Assembly: GCA_965222125.1 (NCBI GenBank) | Contig: CBDCTC010000002.1 | Coordinates: forward strand, 41,270-105,269 | Length of the DNA: 64,000 bases | Origin: Dehalococcoidia bacterium | GTDB taxonomy: Bacteria; Chloroflexota; Dehalococcoidia; Lucifugimonadales; CAZENU01 | Direction of reading: 5' to 3' | Shown here: one piece after another, positions 1 to 9,124 of the stretch | Layout of the letters: every line of letters starts with the position of its first letter | Numbering within the stretch: position 1 is the first letter of the stretch | The notes under the pieces: generated by a model | Seen by the model: only the letters and a program-made list of their open reading frames with translations | Databases searched by the model: none | What the model was told of the DNA's origin: nothing | Program-made: the position numbers and the translations under genes

Positions 1-552
1 CGGGCAGGGACCGTTCCAGCCTATGTTGCGGTCGTCGTTGGTCCCCTGCCTGGCCGCCGGTCCTACGGACGCCGCCTCGTGGGTCTTCGCGAGGTCGGCG
101 GGCAGGCCGACCTCGTCGGCAGGAATGCCCCACATCACCCAGTGGGACCAGGGGGCGCCGGGGTTCTGGTTGCTTTCCAAGACGATGGCTATGCTGACGG
201 TGCCCTCGGGCGCCTGGCTCCAGGTGATCGGGACCGAGATGTCTTTGTCTGAGCAGCTGTACTCTCTTGGGATGCGTCGTCTGTGGTCGAACTTGGTGCT
301 GGTCACCGTCATGGTCAACTCGTACGTCTGGGTGATCAGGTACTCCTCAAACTCGCCCAGTCCTGTGGCGCCGCCGCGAGTGTTCGAGTCGACGACCTCG
401 GCCGGTGCCTCCGACGCGGCCATCCGTGTAGCAGCCGCATCCGACGCTGCGGCCGGCGCCTCGGTGCCGTCGTCGCTGGAGCAGGCGAGCGCTGCGGCCG
501 CCAGTACTATCGCGGCGAGAAGTGCGGTCCAGACTGAAAACGCCTTGGTCAT
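1..552 (-). CDS. YbhB/YbcL (PEBP/Raf kinase inhibitor-like) lipoprotein, copy 1 (runs off window start)
   Basis: ATG at 552 after GAGGAGG; near-identical to the two adjacent paralogs (lipobox LAC, NQNPGAPWSH, WGIP, GPCP). Confidence 0.8.
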   Translation of the reverse strand, partial: MTKAFSVWTALLAAIVLAAAALACSSDDGTEAPAAASDAAATRMAASEAPAEVVDSNTRGGATGLGEFEEYLITQTYELTMTVTSTKFDHRRRIPREYSCSDKDISVPITWSQAPEGTVSIAIVLESNQNPGAPWSHWVMWGIPADEVGLPADLAKTHEAASVGPAARQGTNDDRNIGWNGPCP

Positions 553-702
553 CTTAGTCCTCCTCGTCAATCCATACCCGGGGGCGAGCTGCGCAGCCGC
601 TATCGCCGTGGAGCTTCGCCGCTGCCGGGTAGCTCACCCTATGGTATCAGCGCCGCGCAAGCCGCGCCCGCCCTAACCCGCTACCGGGCTCCGGCAATGC
701 CG

Positions 703-1479
703 CTATTGGGCCATAGGATCGCGCTTCCGGGACACGTGCTCGCCGACGGCCTCTCCCGCGCCGACGATATTGCCGTCGATCGCCTTGAGCAGGTCGTCCT
801 TGGTGGCCTCCTGCCCCAAGCTGATACCCGTACTCAGCGCGAATACCCTGAACGTGTACTGTTTGACGGGGTCCTCCAGCGCGCCTCCGCCGGACCACAC
901 GTGGCGCACCTCGGGCGGGCAGGGGCCCGTCCACCCTATGTTCCCGTCGTCGTTGGTCCCCTGCCTCGCGGCGGGTCCCAAGGGAGCCGCCTCGTGGGTC
1001 TTCGCGAGGTCGGCGGGCAGCCCGACCGCGTCGGACGGAATGCCCCACATCACCAAGTGGGACCACGGGGCGCCCGGGTTCTGGTTGCTTTGCACGGCGA
1101 CGGCTATGCTGACGGTGCCTTCGGGTACCTGGCTCCACGTAATCGGGACCGAGATGTCGTCGTCCGAGCAGCTGTACTTCCTTGGGATGCGTCGTCTGTG
1201 GTCGAACTTGGTGCTGGTGACCGTCATGGTCAACTCGTACGTCTGGGTGATCAGGTACTCCTCGAACTCGCCCAGTCCTGTGGCGCCGCCGCGAGTGTTC
1301 GTGTCGACGACCTCGGCCGCTGCCTCCGGTGCGGGTGTCGGAGCGGAGGATGCCTCCTGCGCGGCCGCCGGCGCCTCGGCTGGCGCGTCGGTCCCATCGT
1401 CGCTGGAGCAGGCGAACGCTGCAACCGCAAGCACCAGCGCCGCGAAAAGGGCGGTCCGGACAGAAAACACTTTGGTCAT
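703..1479 (-). CDS. YbhB/YbcL (PEBP) family lipoprotein, copy 2
   Basis: Signal peptide with AFAC lipobox, Ala/Pro linker, PEBP domain (S.PI.W...P.GT.S.A, H.V.WGIP, W.GPCPP, Y.F.VFAL). Confidence 0.85.
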   Translation of the reverse strand: MTKVFSVRTALFAALVLAVAAFACSSDDGTDAPAEAPAAAQEASSAPTPAPEAAAEVVDTNTRGGATGLGEFEEYLITQTYELTMTVTSTKFDHRRRIPRKYSCSDDDISVPITWSQVPEGTVSIAVAVQSNQNPGAPWSHLVMWGIPSDAVGLPADLAKTHEAAPLGPAARQGTNDDGNIGWTGPCPPEVRHVWSGGGALEDPVKQYTFRVFALSTGISLGQEATKDDLLKAIDGNIVGAGEAVGEHVSRKRDPMAQ

Positions 1480-1630
1480 CGTAGGCCTCCACATCCCTCC
1501 ACGTCTTGGAACAGGCTGCTGCAGTCGATATCGTCGTGGAGTCTCGCTGCTGTCGAGTGGCTCACCCTATGGTATCAACGTCGCGCAAGCCGCGTGTGAC
1601 CTCACCCGCTACGGGGCTCCCGCGACGCCG

Positions 1631-2407
1631 CTATTGCGCCATCGGGTCGCGCTTCTTCGACACGTGCTCGCCGACCACCTCCCCGGCGCCGACGATCTTG
1701 CCGTCGATTGCTTCGAGCAGGTCATCCTTGGTGGCCTCAGGCCCCAGGCTGATCTCCGCATCCAGCGCGAATACCTTGAACGTGTACTGTTTGACGGGGT
1801 CCTCCAGCGCGCCTCCGCCGGACCAAACGTGGCGCACCTCGGGCGGGCAGGGGCCGTTCCAACCTGTCTCTTGGTCGTCGTTGGTTCCCTGACGAGCGGC
1901 GGGTCCTACGGACGCCGCTTCGTGGGTCTTCGCGATGTCAGCCGGCAGGCCGACCGCGTCGGACGGAATCCCCCACATCACCAGGTGGGACCACGGCGCG
2001 CCCGGGTTCTGGTTGCTCTCCACGACGACGGCTAAGCTGACAGTGCCCTCGGGCGCCTTGCTCCAGGTGATCGGCACCGAGATGTTGTCGTCCGAGCAGC
2101 TGTACTTCCTGGGGATGCGCCGCCTGTGGTCGAACTCGGTGCTCGTGACCGTTATGCTCAGCGCGTAGGTCTGGGCGATCAGGTATTCCCCGAACTCGCC
2201 TGGGCCCGTGGCGCCGCCGCGGGTGTTCGTGTCGACGACCTCGGCCGCCGCCTCCGGTGCGGTCGTCGGCGCGGAGGCCGCCTCCTGCCCGGCCGCTGGC
2301 GCCCCGGCCGGGGCGTCGGCTCCATCGTCGCTGGAGCAGGCGAACGCCGTGACCGCGAGTACTGTCGTCGCGAGAATGATCGTTCGGACTGAGTACGCCT
2401 TGGTCAT
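1631..2407 (-). CDS. YbhB/YbcL (PEBP) family lipoprotein, copy 3
   Basis: Same architecture as copy 2; start MTKAYS. Confidence 0.85.
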   Translation of the reverse strand: MTKAYSVRTIILATTVLAVTAFACSSDDGADAPAGAPAAGQEAASAPTTAPEAAAEVVDTNTRGGATGPGEFGEYLIAQTYALSITVTSTEFDHRRRIPRKYSCSDDNISVPITWSKAPEGTVSLAVVVESNQNPGAPWSHLVMWGIPSDAVGLPADIAKTHEAASVGPAARQGTNDDQETGWNGPCPPEVRHVWSGGGALEDPVKQYTFKVFALDAEISLGPEATKDDLLEAIDGKIVGAGEVVGEHVSKKRDPMAQ

Positions 2408-2529
2408 CTTACGCCTCCGCATCCATCCACGCGTTGAGAGGGGCTGAACAGCCGATATCTTTGATGATATCAGCGCCGCGTCAACCGGGCACCCGCCTCC
2501 CGCGCTGCGGGGAGGCCCGCCGCGTGTGC

Positions 2530-3009
2530 TTACCGGCCCCGCGGGCCTTCAGGCCGTGTCAATCTGTTGTTGCCGGCTGCGAAATAGGCGTCCATCGGGC
2601 GAAAGTATCGGCTCTCCCACCAGTCCGGTGAGAAGGCGGTGTCGCCGGCGTCGACGCCGGTGTGGCGCAGGATGATCGTCGTGCCGTCGTCCTGTGGGTT
2701 CCCGATGCCGCCGTAGTGGGGCCCGGTGGCGAGGCTGACCTCGACGCGCGTGACCCTCCCGTCTTCCCACTCCTGGGCCGTGTTCAGCTCGTGGACGATG
2801 CGCTGGTAGGGCTCCATCTGCAGGACTCTACCGAGAACCGCGCCGTCGAGCAGGCTGACCGGACCGTCGACGGAGGCGTCGATCGTCGCCCGCCCTCCGG
2901 TCATGTCACCGTGCTCGCGGCTGTCCAGCCAGGCTTCGAACAGCCTTTTCGGCGTGGCCGGCACGATTCGGGTCACCGCGTAGCCGTCTTCGAAGTTGGT
3001 CACAATCAT
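2530..3009 (-). CDS. SRPBCC/AHSA1-like domain protein
   Basis: PATPKRLFEAWLDS.EH..MTGG, PYQRIV, T.I.LRH, WWE..YF.PM..YF typical of AHSA1/START. Confidence 0.75.
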   Translation of the reverse strand: MIVTNFEDGYAVTRIVPATPKRLFEAWLDSREHGDMTGGRATIDASVDGPVSLLDGAVLGRVLQMEPYQRIVHELNTAQEWEDGRVTRVEVSLATGPHYGGIGNPQDDGTTIILRHTGVDAGDTAFSPDWWESRYFRPMDAYFAAGNNRLTRPEGPRGR

Positions 3010-3050
3010 GACGAGACGCTACCCGTGTCCAGCCCGTTCGGCCGCACGCC

Positions 3051-3395
3051 TTAGCATCGCCCCTGCCTGGGCACCACGACCAGGCTCGTGGGGTTGACGA
3101 ACCACAGGTTCTTGGTCACGCCGTCTTCCTGCATCTTGACGTACCACTCCTGCCCCCGGTCCAGGAGCTCCGCGGTCCAGACGCCGCGCAACAGGAGCTC
3201 CGCGCAGGCGACGCTCTTGGCGTTGAGATAGTTCTGCACGATCTCTACGACTATCTCCTCCGTCAGCGGCCCGTCGATCGGCGTCGGCGTCGGGGCCGCC
3301 GCCGCGTCCGGAGTGTCGCTGCCGCAGGCCGCCTGCGTCAGCAGGAGACACAGGGCTACGACTGCCAGGACCAGGGCTAGTGGACTCTTGCGCAT
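3051..3395 (-). CDS. Hypothetical lipoprotein
   Basis: GGAG RBS, hydrophobic N-terminus, AAC lipobox, PTPTP linker, two further Cys. Confidence 0.6.
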   Translation of the reverse strand: MRKSPLALVLAVVALCLLLTQAACGSDTPDAAAAPTPTPIDGPLTEEIVVEIVQNYLNAKSVACAELLLRGVWTAELLDRGQEWYVKMQEDGVTKNLWFVNPTSLVVVPRQGRC

Positions 3396-3583
3396 CGTTC
3401 TCCTCCAGGGCAGAGTCGCTGGCGGGACTCGAGGGTCGCCGCCAGCTCGGTGAAGGCAGTGTGGGATGCTACGCTACGACATTCGCCCTGAACGGTCAAC
3501 CGCACGTCCGGAGCACTCGCCGATTGAGTTGCCCGGCGATTGAGCGTAACATCCAGCGAAAATCAGCCGAGCGAGGAAACCCA

Positions 3584-5335
3584 ATGCGCGGTTCGACAAC
3601 TCTCGACGTAGACAGCCCAATGACCCCGCCTCAGTGGGCGCTGCTTCAGCGGACGCTCCTCCGCAACGAGGCACAGGCGTGCCAGGCCTTCTTCGAGCAC
3701 TACTTCGACGAGCGCGGCTACCTGCTGTGCGTGCCCAGGTGGGGAGGCGACGACGGCCCGGACGACGCGGCGGAAAACATGCTCAACTGGACCATGCTTC
3801 ACGCTCTCGGCGCCTCGGACGTCGTCCTGGAGCTGTACAAGAAGGGTTGGGAGGGCCATCTCCGGCAGTACACCGAGGCCAAGACAACCGACGTGCCCTT
3901 CGCCCGCGACGGCATGTACTACAAGGAATTCCCGGTCATGTTCGACTGGTTCCACAACGGCGAGGGGTTCTCGGTCTTCTTTCTCCAGGGGCTGTCGGAC
4001 CCATACGACGACGCCCTGGAAGTCCGTACGAGACGTTACACGGGCTTCTACATGGGCGACGACCCCGCCGCGCCCAACTACGACCCGGAGCACAGGATCA
4101 TCCGCAGCATGTTCAACGGCAGCCGGGGCCCCCTGATGCGCAGGGCCACGGCCCTGGACTGGGCCGGAGACCCCATCGAGATCGAGGGCCGCTTCGATCC
4201 CGGACACGGCGAGCGAAACTATCAGGAGATGCTCCAGCACTTTCAGGACTACAACGACATCGTCGGCGACCATCCGCTCAACATGGGCGCGACGACGCTG
4301 GCCTTCAACGCGTACGCCCTGACCGGCGAGCGGCGCTACCGCGACTGGCTGGTCGACTACATCGAAGCCTGGGTCGAGCGCACCGAGGCGAACGGCGGGA
4401 TCATCCCGAGCAACATCGGCCTGGACGGGTCCATCGGCGGCGAGTGCGACGGCAAGTGGTACGGCGGCGTCTACGGCTGGGGATTCTCGGTCTACGATCC
4501 CGCCAGCGGCAAGACCGCGCACCGCCGGTCCGCGACCGGCCGCGCCCCCTACAGCTTCGCCAACGCGCTGCTGATGACCGGAGACCGGCGGTACGTCGAC
4601 GTCTGGCGCGGCGTCATCGAGGCCGTCAACGCGAACGCGAAGACCGTCGACGGACGGCGGTTGTTCCCGCAAATGCACGGCGACGACGGCTGGTACGAAT
4701 TCAGGGAGGACCCCTTCGACGACGGGGCGCTGGAGGTCTACTACTGGTCGATGGACCGCGCCGACCGCGAACGTGCGACGGGCAGCGGATGGCTCGACTT
4801 CCTGGACGGCCGCAATCCCGGCTACCCGGTCGATGCGCTGAAGGGCGATCTGGAGACGGTCCGGGCGAGGATGGAGGGTGTCCGGCGGGACACCGCATCG
4901 GCTGACACCCGGATGTCGGACGACATGAACGGCCTCACGCCGGCCTTGACCGTGTCTCTGACGGAGCTGATGCTGGGCGGGCTGCCGACCGGCAGGGTGG
5001 GGCACCCGCTGCACGCGCGCCTTCGCTACTTCGACCCCGAGCGGCGCCGGGCCGGCGTCCCCGAAGACGTTGCCGCCCTGGTGACCCACATGACCGACAC
5101 CGAGACGTCGGTGACGCTGGTGAACGTCAACCAGGTAGAGGCGCGCACAGTCGTCGTACAGGGTGGGGCCTACGGGGAGCACCGGATCGTCACTGCGCAC
5201 GCCGACGGCGCGGCGGTCGACGTCGAGGGCAGCAGTTTCGCCGTCCGCCTCGCGCCGGGCTCCGGCGCGGACGTCACGCTCGCCATGCGCCGGTACGTCA
5301 ACAAGCCGACGCTGGCGTTTCCTTGGGGGCGTTGA
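3584..5335 (+). CDS. Conserved hypothetical protein (~583 aa), possibly an (alpha/alpha)-barrel carbohydrate-active enzyme
   Basis: Long ORF with strong GC3 bias, GAGG RBS, Trp/Asp/Gly-rich motifs (RWGGDDGPDD, DWFHNGE); function is a guess. Confidence 0.6.
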   Translation: MRGSTTLDVDSPMTPPQWALLQRTLLRNEAQACQAFFEHYFDERGYLLCVPRWGGDDGPDDAAENMLNWTMLHALGASDVVLELYKKGWEGHLRQYTEAKTTDVPFARDGMYYKEFPVMFDWFHNGEGFSVFFLQGLSDPYDDALEVRTRRYTGFYMGDDPAAPNYDPEHRIIRSMFNGSRGPLMRRATALDWAGDPIEIEGRFDPGHGERNYQEMLQHFQDYNDIVGDHPLNMGATTLAFNAYALTGERRYRDWLVDYIEAWVERTEANGGIIPSNIGLDGSIGGECDGKWYGGVYGWGFSVYDPASGKTAHRRSATGRAPYSFANALLMTGDRRYVDVWRGVIEAVNANAKTVDGRRLFPQMHGDDGWYEFREDPFDDGALEVYYWSMDRADRERATGSGWLDFLDGRNPGYPVDALKGDLETVRARMEGVRRDTASADTRMSDDMNGLTPALTVSLTELMLGGLPTGRVGHPLHARLRYFDPERRRAGVPEDVAALVTHMTDTETSVTLVNVNQVEARTVVVQGGAYGEHRIVTAHADGAAVDVEGSSFAVRLAPGSGADVTLAMRRYVNKPTLAFPWGR

Positions 5336-5344
5336 CGTCCGCCG

Positions 5345-6241
5345 CTAGCGTGCGGGGTCGGCGCTTCGCTGCTTGTCCTTGTCGTACTGGCCGCCGCCGC
5401 GGCTCGGCTCCGCCATCTTCTCCCGTGACTGCCTGGTGAGCTCGGAGAGGAGGTCGTCGTTGGCAAGCCTCTGCTCCAGGTGCCGCATCCGGCCGGGTCC
5501 GGCGGTACGGATCATCGTCTCGCCGTAGGCACGCTCGCACCAGAAGTTCGATAGGTTGCCTATCTCCTGGCGCAGGGCGGGCAGGTCTTCGTCGGCGTGG
5601 CGCTCCTGCATGTTGATGGTGAACATGCGGCGGCGCGTGCCCCCGCCGAACGAGGCATGCTTGACGCCGTGATTGAAGAGGACCATGTCGCCGGGTTCGG
5701 ACTCGAGCGGCACGGCCGGGACGTGGGCTCCCGTGATGCCCCACGCGCCCTCCGGGTTGGATTCGGCCGATCGGGGCGCGGCCCGGTGGAGCTCCTCGGC
5801 GAAGGCGTCCCCGAAGTGGTGGCTGCCGGGGATCACCCTCAGGCAGCCGCCGTCCTTCTTGACCACGTCCAGGTAGAAGGCGATCTTGAGCGACGTGTAA
5901 CGGGCGTCCTTGTACCCGTCCGAGTGCCACTGGGTGTCGCCGACGTAGAAGTTGCCGTCGCTGCCCGTGTAGTTGAAGTCGTCGCCCAACAGCGACGCGA
6001 CGACGTGCTCGATGCGAGAGTCGTCGATCAGCGAGCAGAGGTACTCGTCCTGGTCTATGAACGGCACCAGCGCCGATCGGTGCTGGTGGTCGTGCTGCCG
6101 GCCGTCGTGTCCGCCGCCGTGGTCGGCCCAGACCTTCTCGAACGCGTCCGTGATGTCGCCGATCCCGGCGGCGAAGTGGCCCGGAAAGACGAGGTAGCCG
6201 AAGGTGCGGAAGCGGTTGATCTCGTGCTCGGTGAGTCTCAT
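5345..6241 (-). CDS. Phytanoyl-CoA dioxygenase (PhyH) family Fe(II)/2OG dioxygenase
   Basis: F...GYLV, WHSD (HxD), GCLRVIPGSH, PGD.VLF....H...R motifs. Confidence 0.88.
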   Translation of the reverse strand: MRLTEHEINRFRTFGYLVFPGHFAAGIGDITDAFEKVWADHGGGHDGRQHDHQHRSALVPFIDQDEYLCSLIDDSRIEHVVASLLGDDFNYTGSDGNFYVGDTQWHSDGYKDARYTSLKIAFYLDVVKKDGGCLRVIPGSHHFGDAFAEELHRAAPRSAESNPEGAWGITGAHVPAVPLESEPGDMVLFNHGVKHASFGGGTRRRMFTINMQERHADEDLPALRQEIGNLSNFWCERAYGETMIRTAGPGRMRHLEQRLANDDLLSELTRQSREKMAEPSRGGGQYDKDKQRSADPAR

Positions 6242-6298
6242 GTCACTCCTGTCGCGGCCTTTCTGGATGCGTGCGAATGTCTGTCTGCCAGACTGCCG

Positions 6299-7564
6299 CT
6301 ATATTCGGTTCTCCCGGTCCACTTTGTGGCCGGCCTGGAAGACGTCCACGACGTCGCGCAGAATCTTGACGTCGGTGGACGGGTCTCCGTCGACGACGAG
6401 AAGGTCGGCCTGCTTGCCCGGCTCAAGGGTACCGACTTCGTCGTCGATCCAGCACGAGCGCGCCGAGTCGCTCGTGGCCGAAACGATGGCCTCCATGGCG
6501 GACATTCCCGTGTCGACGTGGGCTTCAATCTCGCTTTGGAAGTCGCCGAGCTTGTAGTAGGACCACGACGCGTCCGAGCCGCACACGAGCCGAACCCCGG
6601 CCTCTCTCATCCGCGCCGCGTGCTCGAAGATGACGTCGTTCTTGCCCCTGATGTCGTCGAGCTGCGTCCGCTCTCGGTCGGTGAGGCCGACGGTCTCCGC
6701 CTTGAGCTTCAAGTTCGCCTCGGCGTCGCGGCCCTGGTACAGGGTCGGGTTGACGAAGACGCCGTCTTCCGCGATGCGCTCCGTGATCTCAGGCCGGTAG
6801 CGGTGGGAGCCGTCGGGATCCTTGTGGTAGCCGTGGATGAGCGTGTCTATGCCGGCTTCCAGCGCGTTGACCATGCCCTCGGACGAGGCGCAGTGGGCGG
6901 CGGCGTGCTTGCCGAACTTGTGGGCCTCGTCGACGATCGCCGTCAGCTCGTCGACGTCGAACGACGGCCTCAGGGAGTGAGACGTGCGCGTGCTGCCGCC
7001 GGTCGCCGTGATCTTGATGAAGTCGGCGCCCTCCTTGACGAGCTGACGCACGGCGGCGCGACATTCGACGGCGCCGGTAGCCTCGACCCCGAAGTAGCTC
7101 AGGTGGCCGCCGATAATCGCCATCGGCCGGCCCGACAGCACGAGCCGCGGCGCCGGCGTAATGCCCATCTCGACCGCCTGACGCAGCATGAACGTGGTCC
7201 GGTTCTTGGCGCCGCAGTCGCGCACGGTGGTGACGCCTGAGTAGAGGTGGGCGCGCGCGTTGCGGGCCGCCTGCAGGGTCAGCACCTCGTCGGGCAGGGT
7301 GGTGAGCTCGTCTCCCATGCGTCCGTCGCCGATGCCGATGAGGTGCACGTGGCAGTCGATCAGTCCGGGCAGTACCGTCTTGTCCTCGTAGTCGAGCTCG
7401 ACCACGCGGGCGCCCTCCGGCGGCACGACCGCCTCCTCGGTGCCGACCGCCGCGATGCGGCCGTTCTCGATCAGCACGGCGCCGCGCTCCAGCGGCGGAC
7501 CGCCCCCACCGTCGATCAGGCGCGCGGCCCGGATAAGCGTGAGTCCGCCGTCGCCGTCTGTCAT
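6299..7564 (-). CDS. Amidohydrolase family protein (prolidase-like)
   Basis: LPGLIDCHVH, GVTTVRDCG, GADFIK, AAHC, IHG, GSDA, GTLEPGKQADLLVVDGDP. Confidence 0.9.
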   Translation of the reverse strand: MTDGDGGLTLIRAARLIDGGGGPPLERGAVLIENGRIAAVGTEEAVVPPEGARVVELDYEDKTVLPGLIDCHVHLIGIGDGRMGDELTTLPDEVLTLQAARNARAHLYSGVTTVRDCGAKNRTTFMLRQAVEMGITPAPRLVLSGRPMAIIGGHLSYFGVEATGAVECRAAVRQLVKEGADFIKITATGGSTRTSHSLRPSFDVDELTAIVDEAHKFGKHAAAHCASSEGMVNALEAGIDTLIHGYHKDPDGSHRYRPEITERIAEDGVFVNPTLYQGRDAEANLKLKAETVGLTDRERTQLDDIRGKNDVIFEHAARMREAGVRLVCGSDASWSYYKLGDFQSEIEAHVDTGMSAMEAIVSATSDSARSCWIDDEVGTLEPGKQADLLVVDGDPSTDVKILRDVVDVFQAGHKVDRENRI

Positions 7565-7592
7565 GGGCCCCTCCTACGGAACTGGCGTCCCA

Positions 7593-8903
7593 TTATACGC
7601 CGCCGGGCGCGCCGGGCGGATGCTGCCGGAGCGACGACAGCGATTCCGCAGAGCCGCGCTCGATGCGCCGGCCCGCCAGGAACACCTCGGCGACGTTTCA
7701 CAGGTCCTGGATGCGTTCGGCAGGGTTGCCGTCCACGACGATCAGGTCGGCGGCCTTCCCGGGCCCGAGCGTCCCGGTCACGCCGTCGATGCCCAGAGAC
7801 GCGGCCGCTTCGCCCGTCACCGAGACGACGCCCCGCATCGGGGATAGCCCGGCCATGACCAGACATTCCGTCTCGTACGGCGTGTTCCCAAGCTGGTAGT
7901 TGCCCCAGGACGAGTCGGAGCCGGTGATCATCTTGACGCCCATGTCGATCATCCGCCGGCAGTGCTCCAGGTGAGTCTCGAAGTTGCGCTCGTACTGGTC
8001 GAGCAGCGCCCGTTCGCCCGTCGTCAGCGGACGGCGCTCCTGGACGGCCTTCAGCGTCCAAATCCTGGCCCTGAATACGTGAAGGGTAGGGTTGACGTAG
8101 GCGCCCTGTCGGGCGATGCGTTCGGCGACGTCCGGCCTGAAGCAGTCGGAGCCGTCGGGCTCTTTGAAGACGCAGTGGATGATCATGTCCACGCCGGCTT
8201 CCAGCGAGTTGGCGATGCCCTGCGACGACAGGCAGTGGGTGGCGGTCAGCTTGCCGAACTTGCGGGCCTCTGCCGTGATGGCGGTCAGCTCGTCCACGTC
8301 GAACGCCGGGAGCAGTCGGTGGGAGGTCGCGGTGCTGCCCCCGGTCGCCGTGATCTTTAGGTAGTCGGCGCCCTCCTTGATGAGCTGCCTGGCCATCGCC
8401 CTGGCCGCGTTGGGGCCGGTGACCTCGGATCCGAAGTACCACATGTGGCCGCCGACGATCGAGATCGGCCGCCCGCAGAGGACCATGCGCGGCCCGATCT
8501 CCCGCCCCTCGCGGACCGCGTCACGCAGCCTGAACATGGTGACGTTCTTGGGCCCGTTCTCGCGGATCGAGGTGACGCCGGACAGCAGCGACGTGCGCGC
8601 GTTACGGGCGGACTGCAGCGTCAGCACCTCGTCGGGGAGTGCGGCCACGTCGTCGCCGGGACGCCCGTCGCCGAAGCCGTTGTTATGCGTGTGGCAGTCG
8701 ATCATGCCGGGCATCAGGGTCTTGGCGCCGAAGTCGAGGACCTCGACCGGAGCGCCCTCGGGCGCTGCGACGTCGGCCTGGCGTCCGACCGCGCGTATCG
8801 TCCCGCCTTCGACGAGCACGGCGCCGTTCTCGATGGGCCGGCCCCCGGCGCCGTCGAGCAGACGGGCGGCTTTGATCAGCGTGAGGGCGCCGGGTTGGTT
8901 CAA
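7593..8903 (-). CDS. Amidohydrolase family protein, paralog of neighbour, with in-frame TGA at 7698-7700
   Basis: MPGMIDCHTH, GADYLK, GSDS, GKAADLIVVDGNP; homology continues past TGA (NVAEVFLAG) to TAA at 7593. Confidence 0.8.
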
Positions 8904-8996
8904 CGTGGGTCTGCCAAAAGAATCAAGCCAAGCTCGATGTTTCGGAATGGCGGGAGCGCCACGGGAAGAGGGCTCTTGGGGGCGCGCCTTCTTTGT

Positions 8997-9073
8997 TGGT
9001 CGGGGTGACTGGACTCGAACCAGCGACCCCCTGCACCCCATGCAGGTGCGCTACCAAACTGCGCCACACCCCG
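8997..9073 (-). tRNA. tRNA-Pro(GGG)
   Basis: CGGGGTG...CACCCCGACCA acceptor, GGTTCGAGTCC T-arm, CCTGC-ATGGGGT-GCAGG anticodon arm. Confidence 0.95.
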
Positions 9074-9124
9074 ACGCCGGCCAGCATATCACAGGGCCTT
9101 GGGGCCAACAAGCTGAGCGGGGCT

